From the NCBI GenBank assembly GCA_040753575.1, contig JBFMEC010000004.1, positions 1 to 36,923 on the forward strand: a stretch of DNA of 36,923 nucleotides, given 5' to 3'. The translations under genes and the position numbers were made by a program. This DNA comes from Nitrospirota bacterium (lineage in GTDB: Bacteria > Nitrospirota > Thermodesulfovibrionia > Thermodesulfovibrionales > SM23-35). Shown here one piece after another: positions 27,228 to 36,039 of the stretch. How positions within the stretch are numbered: the stretch's first letter is position 1; each line of letters starts with the position of its first letter. A model generated the notes under the pieces. That model did no database searches and was not told the origin of the DNA. It worked only from the letters and a program-made list of their open reading frames with translations.

Positions 27228-29593
27228 GACTTCACCTCCATATTCATTTCAGAATCATCTTCCAATTCCTCTTTTTCATCCCATTCACTTTCATAAATGG
27301 CTTCATCAAGCTCAAACTTGCTCGCAATAGGCTCTAAGAGATCATCGGCGAGCCTTATTGTAACTGGAAGCCTGCCGCACTTATCAGGGGATGACCATAT
27401 AAGTTGAGAAAGATTAAAAATATCCTCAATGACCTTTTTAATATCAAGATTCCCATCAGCTATGACAGCGTGTAAAGGTTTAACCGTGCCCTGCGATATA
27501 AAGGGGCGCCCTGTATTACAGACTATTGCCTCTTTTGAACTGAGTAAAAAATAACTGCCAAGTGTAGAATTATCATATGGAGTATCTGTCCTACCTTCAA
27601 CAAGGCGAACATGATAGGTTCGAGTTTTCCGAATTTCAACTATACCTGTTATTACGTCAGATGGTAAGATGCCTTCTCTTTTTAAAGCCTTAAAAGCATC
27701 CTGTGCACCATCTATCTCTGATAATCCTGTACGTCCATCCCTATGGATAACAATTGAACCAGGCGAAAGCTTTAAATGGCGAAGGTCTTCCTTTAATGCT
27801 TTAGAAAGAATGGTAAAAATTTGGCGACGGGAAAGCCTTTCTTTCTGTGAGCAACGATAATCTCTAAAATAACAGTCCTTTCCATTATTATAGATAAAGG
27901 TAAAACCTGCAATCTTATTTAAAACATCAATGCCGATATAAACATCGTAGTTTAATGGTGTTTTCAGTGCCCAAAGCCATTTTCTGTTAACCTGTAGTAG
28001 GCCAAAGGTGGTATTCTTGATATAAGATTTATATTTTTGTTGAAATTCCTCTTTGACATTATATCTTGTAATTCCGTTGTCAACTTGAGGGGCATAATGT
28101 TGCTTTATTTTTTGCTCTTGAGCACATTGAAATTGGAAATTAGGCCAAAGTTCCCTTTTTATATAATCATGCAGATCTGGCTTAGCATCTTCAGGTAGAA
28201 CAATCAGTGCGTAACCCTGTTTAATATTTGCGTTATCAAGGGCAATTTTTATTGCGTGAAATTGTTTGTACAGGGTTTTGCAGTTGTTATTGGAATATAC
28301 AACCCTTTTAGGGTTATAGGGATTTGGGTTTAACTTTTGAACCTCACATTTCAATCTTTCTATATAATCCTCTTGAATATCTCTTGGAAGAGTCTCTGGG
28401 GAAATAATATATTGAGCGTCAAATGGCGTGGTATTTAAAGGACCAGCATCTTTATCAAATAATAGCTTTATCCGCTCTTTACCTAAGGATAAATAGCTTA
28501 CACCATGATCTTCGCGGTTTCTACAGACGTGAAGAACCTGTCCTTTACCAAAAATCTGATCAGGAATATAGAAAAAATCCTTCTTTTTCTCTAATGGTTT
28601 TTTAGATATTTTGATAGGAATACCGTTTAAATCTGTTTTCTGGAAATAATTTTCAAGAATTTTCTCAATCCGCTCAAACCGCTCTGTAGGAGATAAAATG
28701 GTTTTCTGATGGAGTTTCCGAACTTCAGGGGCATCGGTAGAATATTTTAGCTTGCAAAGAGCTGCAGCGCCATAATACTTTTCTGATTCCTTCCCAGGAT
28801 AGCGGTAAAGAATCGCCTCACTATCAGGGTTTAAATTTCTTATATAATCTGGAGAATTATAAGGAAAATGATTCTTTGTATAGGTGTAAACATCAATAGG
28901 TTGACCAGTATTTTTATCAGGAAATCTCTGTTCTCTTATGCTTTTTCCAAGTGGATTTACCAACTGAATTTCAAACCAGTTTTTACTGTGATAGACAAGA
29001 TGTTTTCCTCTGTAATCTAAAAGTTGACGCCCGTTAGCCCTTTCCATTAGCCATAATTTATCAACGTATCTATTAACTATATCGATCGAAAGAAACAGTA
29101 TGGCATTAGCCGGCACTACAGAAAAGATAAAGCCCTCATAAATATCAACAGTAGACAAAGAGCCAAGAGATAAAGGCTCCTTCTCAAAATATCTATGAGA
29201 TCTCCCCCACAGGGAGACGTCTTTCATTAGAGGGCTACGTAAAGAGTATTCCAAAAAACTTAGCGCCACAGGTAGACTTTTTGATTCGAGCTTGTTAAAG
29301 GACAAATGGTGAGTTAGGTTCTCTGGCCTTAATTCTGCGATATGGCGGATTACCTGATATTCAGACTTTTGAATTATTGTATCCCTAGGGATCGTAAATA
29401 TGATTTCGGGCCTGGTACTTACAAGTGCTACTGGCTGTTTGAGTTCGTAAATCAAATTTTTTCGTAGCAGTTCGACATTTTTTTCGTATGTTTCATCTTC
29501 TGGAAGAGAAACTTTTACAAATCTATACTCACATTTCAAATCTGCAAGGTTTTCGATCGCAAAAAGATTAAAACAATGACGGCTCATTTTCAA
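27224..29593 (-). CDS. ago: Long prokaryotic Argonaute (N-PAZ-MID-PIWI), catalytic DEDD tetrad apparently intact
   Basis: 789 aa. PIWI motifs VYIGIDV, QKERL, IVIHRDG, IVEIRK, QGTVKPL, DIFNLSQL.W and RLPVTIRLAD; MID-like LHDYIK...FQC. Start is TTG 29593 or ATG 29587. Confidence 0.92.
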   Translation of the reverse strand: MKMSRHCFNLFAIENLADLKCEYRFVKVSLPEDETYEKNVELLRKNLIYELKQPVALVSTRPEIIFTIPRDTIIQKSEYQVIRHIAELRPENLTHHLSFNKLESKSLPVALSFLEYSLRSPLMKDVSLWGRSHRYFEKEPLSLGSLSTVDIYEGFIFSVVPANAILFLSIDIVNRYVDKLWLMERANGRQLLDYRGKHLVYHSKNWFEIQLVNPLGKSIREQRFPDKNTGQPIDVYTYTKNHFPYNSPDYIRNLNPDSEAILYRYPGKESEKYYGAAALCKLKYSTDAPEVRKLHQKTILSPTERFERIEKILENYFQKTDLNGIPIKISKKPLEKKKDFFYIPDQIFGKGQVLHVCRNREDHGVSYLSLGKERIKLLFDKDAGPLNTTPFDAQYIISPETLPRDIQEDYIERLKCEVQKLNPNPYNPKRVVYSNNNCKTLYKQFHAIKIALDNANIKQGYALIVLPEDAKPDLHDYIKRELWPNFQFQCAQEQKIKQHYAPQVDNGITRYNVKEEFQQKYKSYIKNTTFGLLQVNRKWLWALKTPLNYDVYIGIDVLNKIAGFTFIYNNGKDCYFRDYRCSQKERLSRRQIFTILSKALKEDLRHLKLSPGSIVIHRDGRTGLSEIDGAQDAFKALKREGILPSDVITGIVEIRKTRTYHVRLVEGRTDTPYDNSTLGSYFLLSSKEAIVCNTGRPFISQGTVKPLHAVIADGNLDIKKVIEDIFNLSQLIWSSPDKCGRLPVTIRLADDLLEPIASKFELDEAIYESEWDEKEELEDDSEMNMEVKS

Positions 29594-30455
29594 ACCCTAT
29601 GCAAAGCTTTTTAAAATTACAATATTTACAAGTCATCGGACTATTTGCAAAGTCGAAGTCCTGGGTGTCCTTTAAAAATTTAAGCTTTGAACTACTCCGA
29701 AAAATAAAATCTTCAGCATATTCTAAATCATCAGTTGTAAAGGAGTAATGTGTAATCTCGCCTTTAAGTAAATTTGCCTCATATACTTCTGGTATGACTC
29801 CATATCTTTTATAGCCAGCCAAAGAATAAATCAACATTTGCTTTGAATTATCAGATGTTTCGCTGTCCGCTACTTTCCAGTCAATTATAATTGGTCTTTT
29901 TTCATTAAAAAGAAAGAGGTCTATATATGATTCGACAGTTATTACATCGAGTTTGAATAAAAGCGATTTTTGTATTTCAAAGTCGGAAGATTTATAAAGC
30001 ATGTTTAGTAAATCTTTCCACTTACTTAAGTTATCCATACATCTTATGACATTAGAAAATATTTCTGCTATTTCTATATCATTAATTTCTTCTCCATATT
30101 CGTGTTCAAAAAGGGCACAAAATTCGCAGTTTGCAGAAGATTTACTCATTTTGGGTTCGCGATACCTTCTGGCTTTTGAAAAAGAAAACTGTCTTTTCCC
30201 TAGGTCTAAAATTTGATTTGTTACAGTATCCAGATTGAGAGTTTGTTTATTCTTAATTTCTGGTAACACATAGTATTCAATTCCCTTTTCTACAAGACTG
30301 CCCTGCCATTTTTTACAGTTTCGAAGTTGCTTTAAAATATATGCTTCTCTTCGAAAGGGTTCTTTCTGAGCATTATGGTGTGCTAAAACATGGGCAAAAT
30401 AATACTGCCTGTTGCATCTACGAAAAGCGTTGTGGGCTGATATCGACCATTTCAT
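29568..30455 (-). CDS. Cas4/AddB-like PD-(D/E)XK nuclease with a putative 4Fe-4S cluster
   Basis: WS.S....F..C.RQYYF at the N-terminus, YIDL, IIDWK, QMLIY, and C-terminal CKYCNFKKLC. Confidence 0.88.
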   Translation of the reverse strand: MKWSISAHNAFRRCNRQYYFAHVLAHHNAQKEPFRREAYILKQLRNCKKWQGSLVEKGIEYYVLPEIKNKQTLNLDTVTNQILDLGKRQFSFSKARRYREPKMSKSSANCEFCALFEHEYGEEINDIEIAEIFSNVIRCMDNLSKWKDLLNMLYKSSDFEIQKSLLFKLDVITVESYIDLFLFNEKRPIIIDWKVADSETSDNSKQMLIYSLAGYKRYGVIPEVYEANLLKGEITHYSFTTDDLEYAEDFIFRSSSKLKFLKDTQDFDFANSPMTCKYCNFKKLCIGFENEPSLF

Positions 30456-30799
30456 GGTTTTTGTTTTTTCTTTTTTTCCAAGTAGGTTAAGAAATCATCC
30501 CATTCTTCTGGCTTTTTAATAAATTCAGTAGCCTTCCTAAAAAATTGCAATGCTTTTTTATCCGATACTACCTTAGAAAGACTCCCAGGGACTTTATTGG
30601 CAAGCCCTAAAAGTTCAATCTCATCGGCATCAAGGGCCTCAGCTAAGGCTTGAATAGTCTTTATAGATGGGGTATAAGGCAATTGGTCATTCTCTATTTT
30701 GCTTAAATAGGTAAAATCTAATTGAACAATCTCGGCTAACTGCCTTTGTGTCAATTTTTTCTTTTTACGTAAATCACGAATTTTTCGCCCAAATGTCAT
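30452..30799 (-). CDS. XRE-family helix-turn-helix regulator (pAgo operon gene 1)
   Basis: MTFGRKIRDLRKKKKLTQRQLAE...TYLSKIEN...PS...LAEAL. Start chosen at ATG 30799; the stop overlaps the nuclease start (ATGA). Confidence 0.92.
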   Translation of the reverse strand: MTFGRKIRDLRKKKKLTQRQLAEIVQLDFTYLSKIENDQLPYTPSIKTIQALAEALDADEIELLGLANKVPGSLSKVVSDKKALQFFRKATEFIKKPEEWDDFLTYLEKKKKQKP

Positions 30800-30805
30800 A
30801 TATAA

Positions 30806-30834
30806 TTGATAACATATCTTGATGTTGAAGTCAA
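30806..30834 (-). promoter_or_regulatory. Putative promoter/operator of the pAgo operon (possibly leaderless)
   Basis: TTGACT-N17-TATCAA with an extended TG, 6 nt before the XRE ATG; inverted repeat AACAT-N6-ATGTT in the spacer. Confidence 0.5.
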
Positions 30835-30871
30835 GTGCAATTTTAATAGGAGGCACCATATTTCCGTTAAT

Positions 30872-33800
30872 TTATCCAAACAATTCCCCCTGCAACTTCT
30901 GTAAAATCTTGTTCTGCAATTTCTGGCTTGCGATGGAGGAAATGTAGTCGGAGATTATTCGGTCTATTCTCTCCTTAAGCTCTTTAAGTTCAGGAAGGAT
31001 TTTTAATATATATGATTCATCTTTTGGAACCTTTACCACCTCAAGTCCTGATTCAAGCCATATCTTCAAATACTCTGCCTCTACTTCACTATGGCACTCT
31101 ATATGATCTTTATCTGATGAGAGAAGCCACCCAGACCCCTTCAAAAAGTCTTTTTTAATCTGAATTTCTTTTGTGGGATGAAAAAGCTTGACTGTTTTAA
31201 GGCTCTTCTGGTTGAGAATTTTTTCTCTGTAAAAATGACCAAGAAGTTTGTCGCCAAGTTTTTCTTTTATTGTTCTTGTTAAAAGTTCAACATCGATACC
31301 TTCTTTTGCCTTTCCTTTTTTGCCAAAGCTTTTTGCCTTCTCTATCCTTGACCTCACAAGGTCAACAACTGCTCGATAAACCTCAAGCTGTTCATCCTCC
31401 GTCAATCCAAGAATGTCACCCATGATAATTTTGTCAAGTTCTCGACGGTCAGGCTTAACCTTCTCAAGAAAGACTTCATCAGGGGAAACAGATCCAAGCT
31501 CATCAAATATGGATAGAACCTCTCGCGTTTTTAATTTCTCAAAAACAGAGAAGAGTTTTACGTTTGAGATAATTTTCTGAGTAGGAACTCCAAGCATTTT
31601 TAGCCAATATACGTTTGTGTATACCGCACCTTCTCCAAGGTTAGTAATACCACTTATTTCAATTAGTAAAGGAATGATTGTGCTATTTAAAAATGCCAAT
31701 ACAATGTCGTAGTCTTTTTTATTGTGAACTTTGATGAAGAAAAACCTTTTATCACCCCATGTATTTTGCGTTTCATAGACAGCAAATCGGACATTGTAAG
31801 CATCAGACCAAACAAAGTCGGGCTTATCCCAAATTCCCAAATCATACCATCTTTCACCGCGGCTTGCACATGTTGGTCTTAAATGATAGCCTTGTTGTTC
31901 ACCTTTTTTAATCCACCGTAATATATTTGTTTTACTAAGTGCTTTTTTATCTTTATGAATCATTAAGACACGAAATTTTAAATCTTTCCGTTTAACAGTT
32001 ATTGACTTGCATTCCTTTGAACTCTTGATGATGTAATTCGGTAACCATTCACCTTTCTCATTCTTATGCATCCAGAACTCTTTTTCTATGCCTCTCTTTT
32101 TTATTTCTTCTTCAGTAAGATAAAAAAACTCATTAGCTCCTGTCTTAATGCCAAATCTCACATCTGCTTTTTCTTTTAAAGGAACAAGTTTATCTTTGCC
32201 TTTCTCAAGAATCTTAAAGAATACCTCTGGGGCCCTGAGATATTTCCCCCATTTAGAGCCAGTGTATTTATCTTCCTCAGCATCAAAACCTTCTTCCCAT
32301 AGTTCACTTTGCTTTTTGGGATAGATTCTATACTCATCGGTCTGATAAAAATTACTATGAATAAGAATCGTCCTTTTTAGTTTTTCGATGGCATCAAGTC
32401 TTTGCTTTTGTTTCTCCCACATGTCATGGGCAGGAGGAATAAAATGCCTTAATGGCTTAAAAAGATAGACAAACCTTACAAGGTTTTCATCCCTTTCTTT
32501 CTGGTCAGTACACTTTTCAAGGATTATTATGCAGGTGTTAATATCTGCATCCTCAAACCATCGCTCAACCTTAGATTCAATTATCACAACGATTTTGTAG
32601 TTCTTAAGAAATAGCTCTTGAAGTCCCTTCCCATAATCAACATCCATCCATGAATTCGAGACTATAAAGCCAAACCGTCCCCCATCTTTTAAAAACTTTG
32701 TCCCATGAACAAAGAAATAGGCATGAATGCCGGCCCTCTTTGAAATATCAGCCAGTTTCCTTTTCCCTTCAAAAAGGGCTTTGTCTATCATGGATTCTTT
32801 GTAACTCTCTTTCCCTGTGATTTCTGTAATCTCCTCCTGCCTTGTGTAAGGAGGGTTTCCGACAACACAGTCAACAGCCTTTGGATAGGGAATAAGGATC
32901 TTTTTTCCGCTGAGGGTTGCAAGTCCTTTTTTTCGGGCTTCATCTCCACCCATCCTTTCCATTGGAGATAAATTAAAAAAATCTTCATTCAATATTTGAG
33001 GATAATTTTCATCCACCGAAAGGTCATTTACAGCAAGATTTATAGTTGAAAGATGGGCAGGGAACTTGGCAATGTCAACACCCCATAGAGTTTTCAATAT
33101 TTCTTGATGAGGTGTACGAAGATTCATCAGTCTTTTATGCTGATAAGCCCTTACAAGAAAAGTTCCTGCACCACACGCCGGGTCAACCACTGTATCATCT
33201 TCATGCTTAATACAAAATCCCAAGATAAGGTCAACAATATCAGGATTGGTGAAATATTGACCTAAATTATGCCTTTCTTCCTGTGGTATTAATCTCTCAA
33301 AGATTCTTCCGATAATATCAAAGCCTATCTTAGAGAAATCATATCTCTTGAGAATTTTGATAAGCTCTTTTATTTCCTCTACAACTGCCCTGTTTTCTGG
33401 AAAGGCAATCTGGTCAATAAAATCAGTGCTGTATATGGTTTCATAATCGATTTCCTTAAGGACATAATCAAAATACCCCTGAAGGTTTGTTTGCAGAAGC
33501 CCCCCTTTTGTGAGGTCATCTGGAATAGTAAGAGAATCAAGCTGTCCTGATCTTTTGGACTGGAGCACATCATAAAAGAGGATTTTGTTTATGAGAAGGT
33601 ATGCAGTCTGTCTCGCAGCCTTTTCAAAGTCACTATCCGAATAGGTAAACGTCCATTGCTGTTCAACAAACCATTTTTTGAATTTCTTTAAGAAATCAGT
33701 ATTCTTATGTGCTTCGTCTCTTATAATTGGTTTGTAATATCTCGCAAGACGGTATATCTTTTCTTGAAGTCTGAATATTAAGAATTCATCTATTGGTAAG

Positions 33801-34366
33801 AGTGGCTCTGGTTTTATCCCAGTATGAATCCTGACAAGTTCTTCAAGAAATTTTTCAATGCCTTTGAGGATAGTATTTTTAAATCTTGCATCTTCAATAT
33901 CGTCTAAGTTTTCAATGCTTGATAGAGGGAATTTATCAATGATCTGTCTCTCTTCAGGCTCCATCCTGTTTGCCTTTTCAGTGTTAAACCAGATGAGCCA
34001 TTGAAAGTTTGAAGTCGCAAAGTATTTTGCCTTTCTCTTATTTGCCTTTTCCCTTGCAGGGTTCTTTAACTCCTTTTCATCAAATGGGCTGAAATACGGG
34101 GGCTTCAGTTCAATGAGGCATAGTACCCTCTCACTTTTTGGACTTTCAAAAATAACTATATCAGGTTGTTTTCTATCAGCGCCAACGGTCTCCTGTTCAG
34201 CAATACCAAGAGGCAGGTTTCTTTCTTTAATTATCTGATTTATCCACTCAACAAACTTCTGGTTGGCAGTTCGTTCAGTCTTGTGGACACCTATATCAAA
34301 TACTGATGCCTTGAAAATATCTGTTCTGGTCTTACTTGAGATTTTGCCCACTTTTTTACTTTTCAT
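30872..34366 (-). CDS. Type IIG-like fused restriction endonuclease / N6-adenine methyltransferase
   Basis: N-terminal PD...IELK nuclease motif, GQYFT, DPACGAGTFL (motif I), VGNPPY (motif IV), and a C-terminal TRD region (VRFGIKTGANEFF). Confidence 0.92.
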   Translation of the reverse strand: MKSKKVGKISSKTRTDIFKASVFDIGVHKTERTANQKFVEWINQIIKERNLPLGIAEQETVGADRKQPDIVIFESPKSERVLCLIELKPPYFSPFDEKELKNPAREKANKRKAKYFATSNFQWLIWFNTEKANRMEPEERQIIDKFPLSSIENLDDIEDARFKNTILKGIEKFLEELVRIHTGIKPEPLLPIDEFLIFRLQEKIYRLARYYKPIIRDEAHKNTDFLKKFKKWFVEQQWTFTYSDSDFEKAARQTAYLLINKILFYDVLQSKRSGQLDSLTIPDDLTKGGLLQTNLQGYFDYVLKEIDYETIYSTDFIDQIAFPENRAVVEEIKELIKILKRYDFSKIGFDIIGRIFERLIPQEERHNLGQYFTNPDIVDLILGFCIKHEDDTVVDPACGAGTFLVRAYQHKRLMNLRTPHQEILKTLWGVDIAKFPAHLSTINLAVNDLSVDENYPQILNEDFFNLSPMERMGGDEARKKGLATLSGKKILIPYPKAVDCVVGNPPYTRQEEITEITGKESYKESMIDKALFEGKRKLADISKRAGIHAYFFVHGTKFLKDGGRFGFIVSNSWMDVDYGKGLQELFLKNYKIVVIIESKVERWFEDADINTCIIILEKCTDQKERDENLVRFVYLFKPLRHFIPPAHDMWEKQKQRLDAIEKLKRTILIHSNFYQTDEYRIYPKKQSELWEEGFDAEEDKYTGSKWGKYLRAPEVFFKILEKGKDKLVPLKEKADVRFGIKTGANEFFYLTEEEIKKRGIEKEFWMHKNEKGEWLPNYIIKSSKECKSITVKRKDLKFRVLMIHKDKKALSKTNILRWIKKGEQQGYHLRPTCASRGERWYDLGIWDKPDFVWSDAYNVRFAVYETQNTWGDKRFFFIKVHNKKDYDIVLAFLNSTIIPLLIEISGITNLGEGAVYTNVYWLKMLGVPTQKIISNVKLFSVFEKLKTREVLSIFDELGSVSPDEVFLEKVKPDRRELDKIIMGDILGLTEDEQLEVYRAVVDLVRSRIEKAKSFGKKGKAKEGIDVELLTRTIKEKLGDKLLGHFYREKILNQKSLKTVKLFHPTKEIQIKKDFLKGSGWLLSSDKDHIECHSEVEAEYLKIWLESGLEVVKVPKDESYILKILPELKELKERIDRIISDYISSIASQKLQNKILQKLQGELFG

Positions 34367-34649
34367 AATCTTTTAAGACCTGATTAACAATTCTTCGGGC
34401 AATCTCAAAAGCGGCAGCAATTCTTATGATCTTTACATCTCCTAACCCCTTTATCTCAAGAAATTTACTCAGGGGCTGGTTTGCCATGCCTTTAAAAGAG
34501 CCAAATTTACGGAGAATCTCTTTGGCAACATCCTCTGCTGTTTTGCCTTTAGTGCCCGTAGAAATGAGAATTGCCAGAAGCTCCGCATCTGTTAACGATT
34601 CCGCACCAAGTTCTCTCAGTTTTCCGCCTGGATGCATCCATGTTTTCAT
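34356..34649 (-). CDS. Stand-alone RadC N-terminal (UPF0758 HhH) domain protein, copy 1
   Basis: P..KL...GAESLTDAELLAILI.TG and IKGLG..K..I.AAFEI.RR; no JAB/MPN domain. Confidence 0.85.
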   Translation of the reverse strand: MKTWMHPGGKLRELGAESLTDAELLAILISTGTKGKTAEDVAKEILRKFGSFKGMANQPLSKFLEIKGLGDVKIIRIAAAFEIARRIVNQVLKDYEK

Positions 34650-34667
34650 AAAATTCCTTCTACGGAC

Positions 34668-34721
34668 TTATTTAACCACATGGCCTAATTGTATGTCTAT
34701 TAATGTGGATCAATTAGGGAG
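34668..34721. repeat. 54-bp junction repeat, copy 1
   Basis: TTATTTAACCACATGGCCTAATTGTATGTCTATTAATGTGGATCAATTAGGGAG; internal inverted repeat CCTAATTG-N19-CAATTAGG. Confidence 0.95.
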
Positions 34722-34782
34722 GTCTGGGGGCAGGGGCTTGAAAAACTGAAGGTTTTTCAGTGAGCTTGGTTTCCTTCATTTG

Positions 34783-35193
34783 TCATTTCCTCATCTTCAG
34801 AAAAGCCTTTGGTGTAGTGATTTTAATGCCCCTAAACTGCTTTAGAGATAAAAAACTTTTGTCGCCTGTTATTATAAACTTTGCATTAGCCGTGAGTGCA
34901 CATTCTATAAACTTGTTATCTTTTGGATCAGGTGTAACCTTTAGGTTCACTTTTGGTGTGTAAAAATCTGAATGTGCCAGAACAAATTCCAAAATTTCTA
35001 TTTGAAGTTTTATTGGGAAACTAAGTTTCGGGTACGAAAGCGCGACAAAAAGCTCGTTAAAGATTTCTTCTGAGATACAGTTTCTTATTTCTTCTTTTTC
35101 TAATAGCTCAACAACTTCTAAAGGTCTGCCTCCCCATCCAAAGGCAGAAATGAAAATATTTGTATCTATTATTGCTTTTTCGCTCTTGCCCAC
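34783..35193 (-). CDS. PIN-domain toxin (PIN_3 type)
   Basis: IIDTNIFISA, DPKDNKFIECA and IITGD motifs. Confidence 0.92.
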   Translation of the reverse strand: MGKSEKAIIDTNIFISAFGWGGRPLEVVELLEKEEIRNCISEEIFNELFVALSYPKLSFPIKLQIEILEFVLAHSDFYTPKVNLKVTPDPKDNKFIECALTANAKFIITGDKSFLSLKQFRGIKITTPKAFLKMRK

Positions 35194-35411
35194 CTAACCG
35201 CCTCTTCTGCAACTTCAACAGGCAATCTCTTCTTTTTTGTAATTTCTGAGGCTTTTTTATAAATACTTTTTGCAGAAGGCGGGGCAAGCAGCTTTTTCTG
35301 AATAAGAGAATCCATTATTTCCTTTATCTCTTTAAAAGATAGCGTAGAAAGCCCTTCAATCAGTTTCTCTTTTGGTAATTTTATGGCAACATCTGCCACT
35401 ATAACCTCCAT
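35169..35411 (-). CDS. Putative antitoxin of the PIN toxin
   Basis: 80 aa, directly upstream of and overlapping the PIN gene; ends EAVRWAR. Confidence 0.7.
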   Translation of the reverse strand: MEVIVADVAIKLPKEKLIEGLSTLSFKEIKEIMDSLIQKKLLAPPSAKSIYKKASEITKKKRLPVEVAEEAVRWARAKKQ

Positions 35412-35413
35412 TT

Positions 35414-35710
35414 TTATTCCTTATTATACTCTTTTAATACCTGATTAACAATTCTCCTTGCAATCTCAAAGGCAGCAGCAATTCTGATAATCTTAACATC
35501 TCCAAGTCCTTTGAATTCAAGAAACTTCTCAAGTGGCTGGTTTGCCATTCCCTTGAAAGAGCCAAACTTATCAAGGATTTCCTGTGCAACTTCTTCTGCT
35601 GATTTTCCTTTTGTTCCGGTTGAAATGAGGATTGCCAAAAGTTCCGCATCAGTTAATGATTCTGCTCCAAGTTCTCTTAATTTACCGCCTGGATGTGTCC
35701 ATGTTTTCAT
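35414..35710 (-). CDS. Stand-alone RadC N-terminal (UPF0758 HhH) domain protein, copy 2
   Basis: 9 substitutions over 97 aligned residues relative to copy 1. Confidence 0.85.
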   Translation of the reverse strand: MKTWTHPGGKLRELGAESLTDAELLAILISTGTKGKSAEEVAQEILDKFGSFKGMANQPLEKFLEFKGLGDVKIIRIAAAFEIARRIVNQVLKEYNKE

Positions 35711-35728
35711 AGGGTTTCCTTTACGGAT

Positions 35729-35782
35729 TTATTTAACCACATGGCCTAATTGTATGTCTATTAATGTGGATCAATTAGGGAG
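35729..35782. repeat. 54-bp junction repeat, copy 2
   Basis: Identical to 34668-34721. Confidence 0.95.
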
Positions 35783-35829
35783 TTCAGGGAATATAGGATC
35801 TTAAAGGTGGGTGGACTTTAGCTTATAAG

Positions 35830-36039
35830 TTATGCAACTTGAAGTTTCTTTTCCATTAATTTAAGCACATCCTTAAACATATGGGATGCCTTAAATAATT
35901 CCACTCCAATAAGGTTTCCTTTACTATCGAGCTCCATGTTTACGCCGGGAGAAATTTCTACAACTTCTGCTTCTTCCCCTTCTTTTGCAATATATAGAAT
36001 ATCTTCTTCATCATCATAAAAGACCTTGAAATCTTCCAT
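35830..36039 (-). CDS. DUF2283-family protein (putative antitoxin)
   Basis: YDDEEDILYI...EISPGV..ELD..G.LIGVE pattern; start at ATG 36039 via a TAATG overlap with the upstream ORF. Confidence 0.88.
   Translation of the reverse strand: MEDFKVFYDDEEDILYIAKEGEEAEVVEISPGVNMELDSKGNLIGVELFKASHMFKDVLKLMEKKLQVA

Noticed and set aside
34668-34721. 54-bp repeat as an integron attC site
   Set aside because: The arms read CCCTAAT/ATTAGGC rather than RYYYAAC/GTTRRRY and span only about 37 bp, too short for attC.
34739-34759. TGAAAAAC-N5-GTTTTTCA hairpin as a terminator after the PIN toxin
   Set aside because: AT-rich weak stem with no following U-tract on the coding strand.
34426-35804. Duplicated plus-strand ORFs (107 and 97 aa)
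   Set aside because: Antisense shadows of the two RadC-N genes and their upstream repeat.
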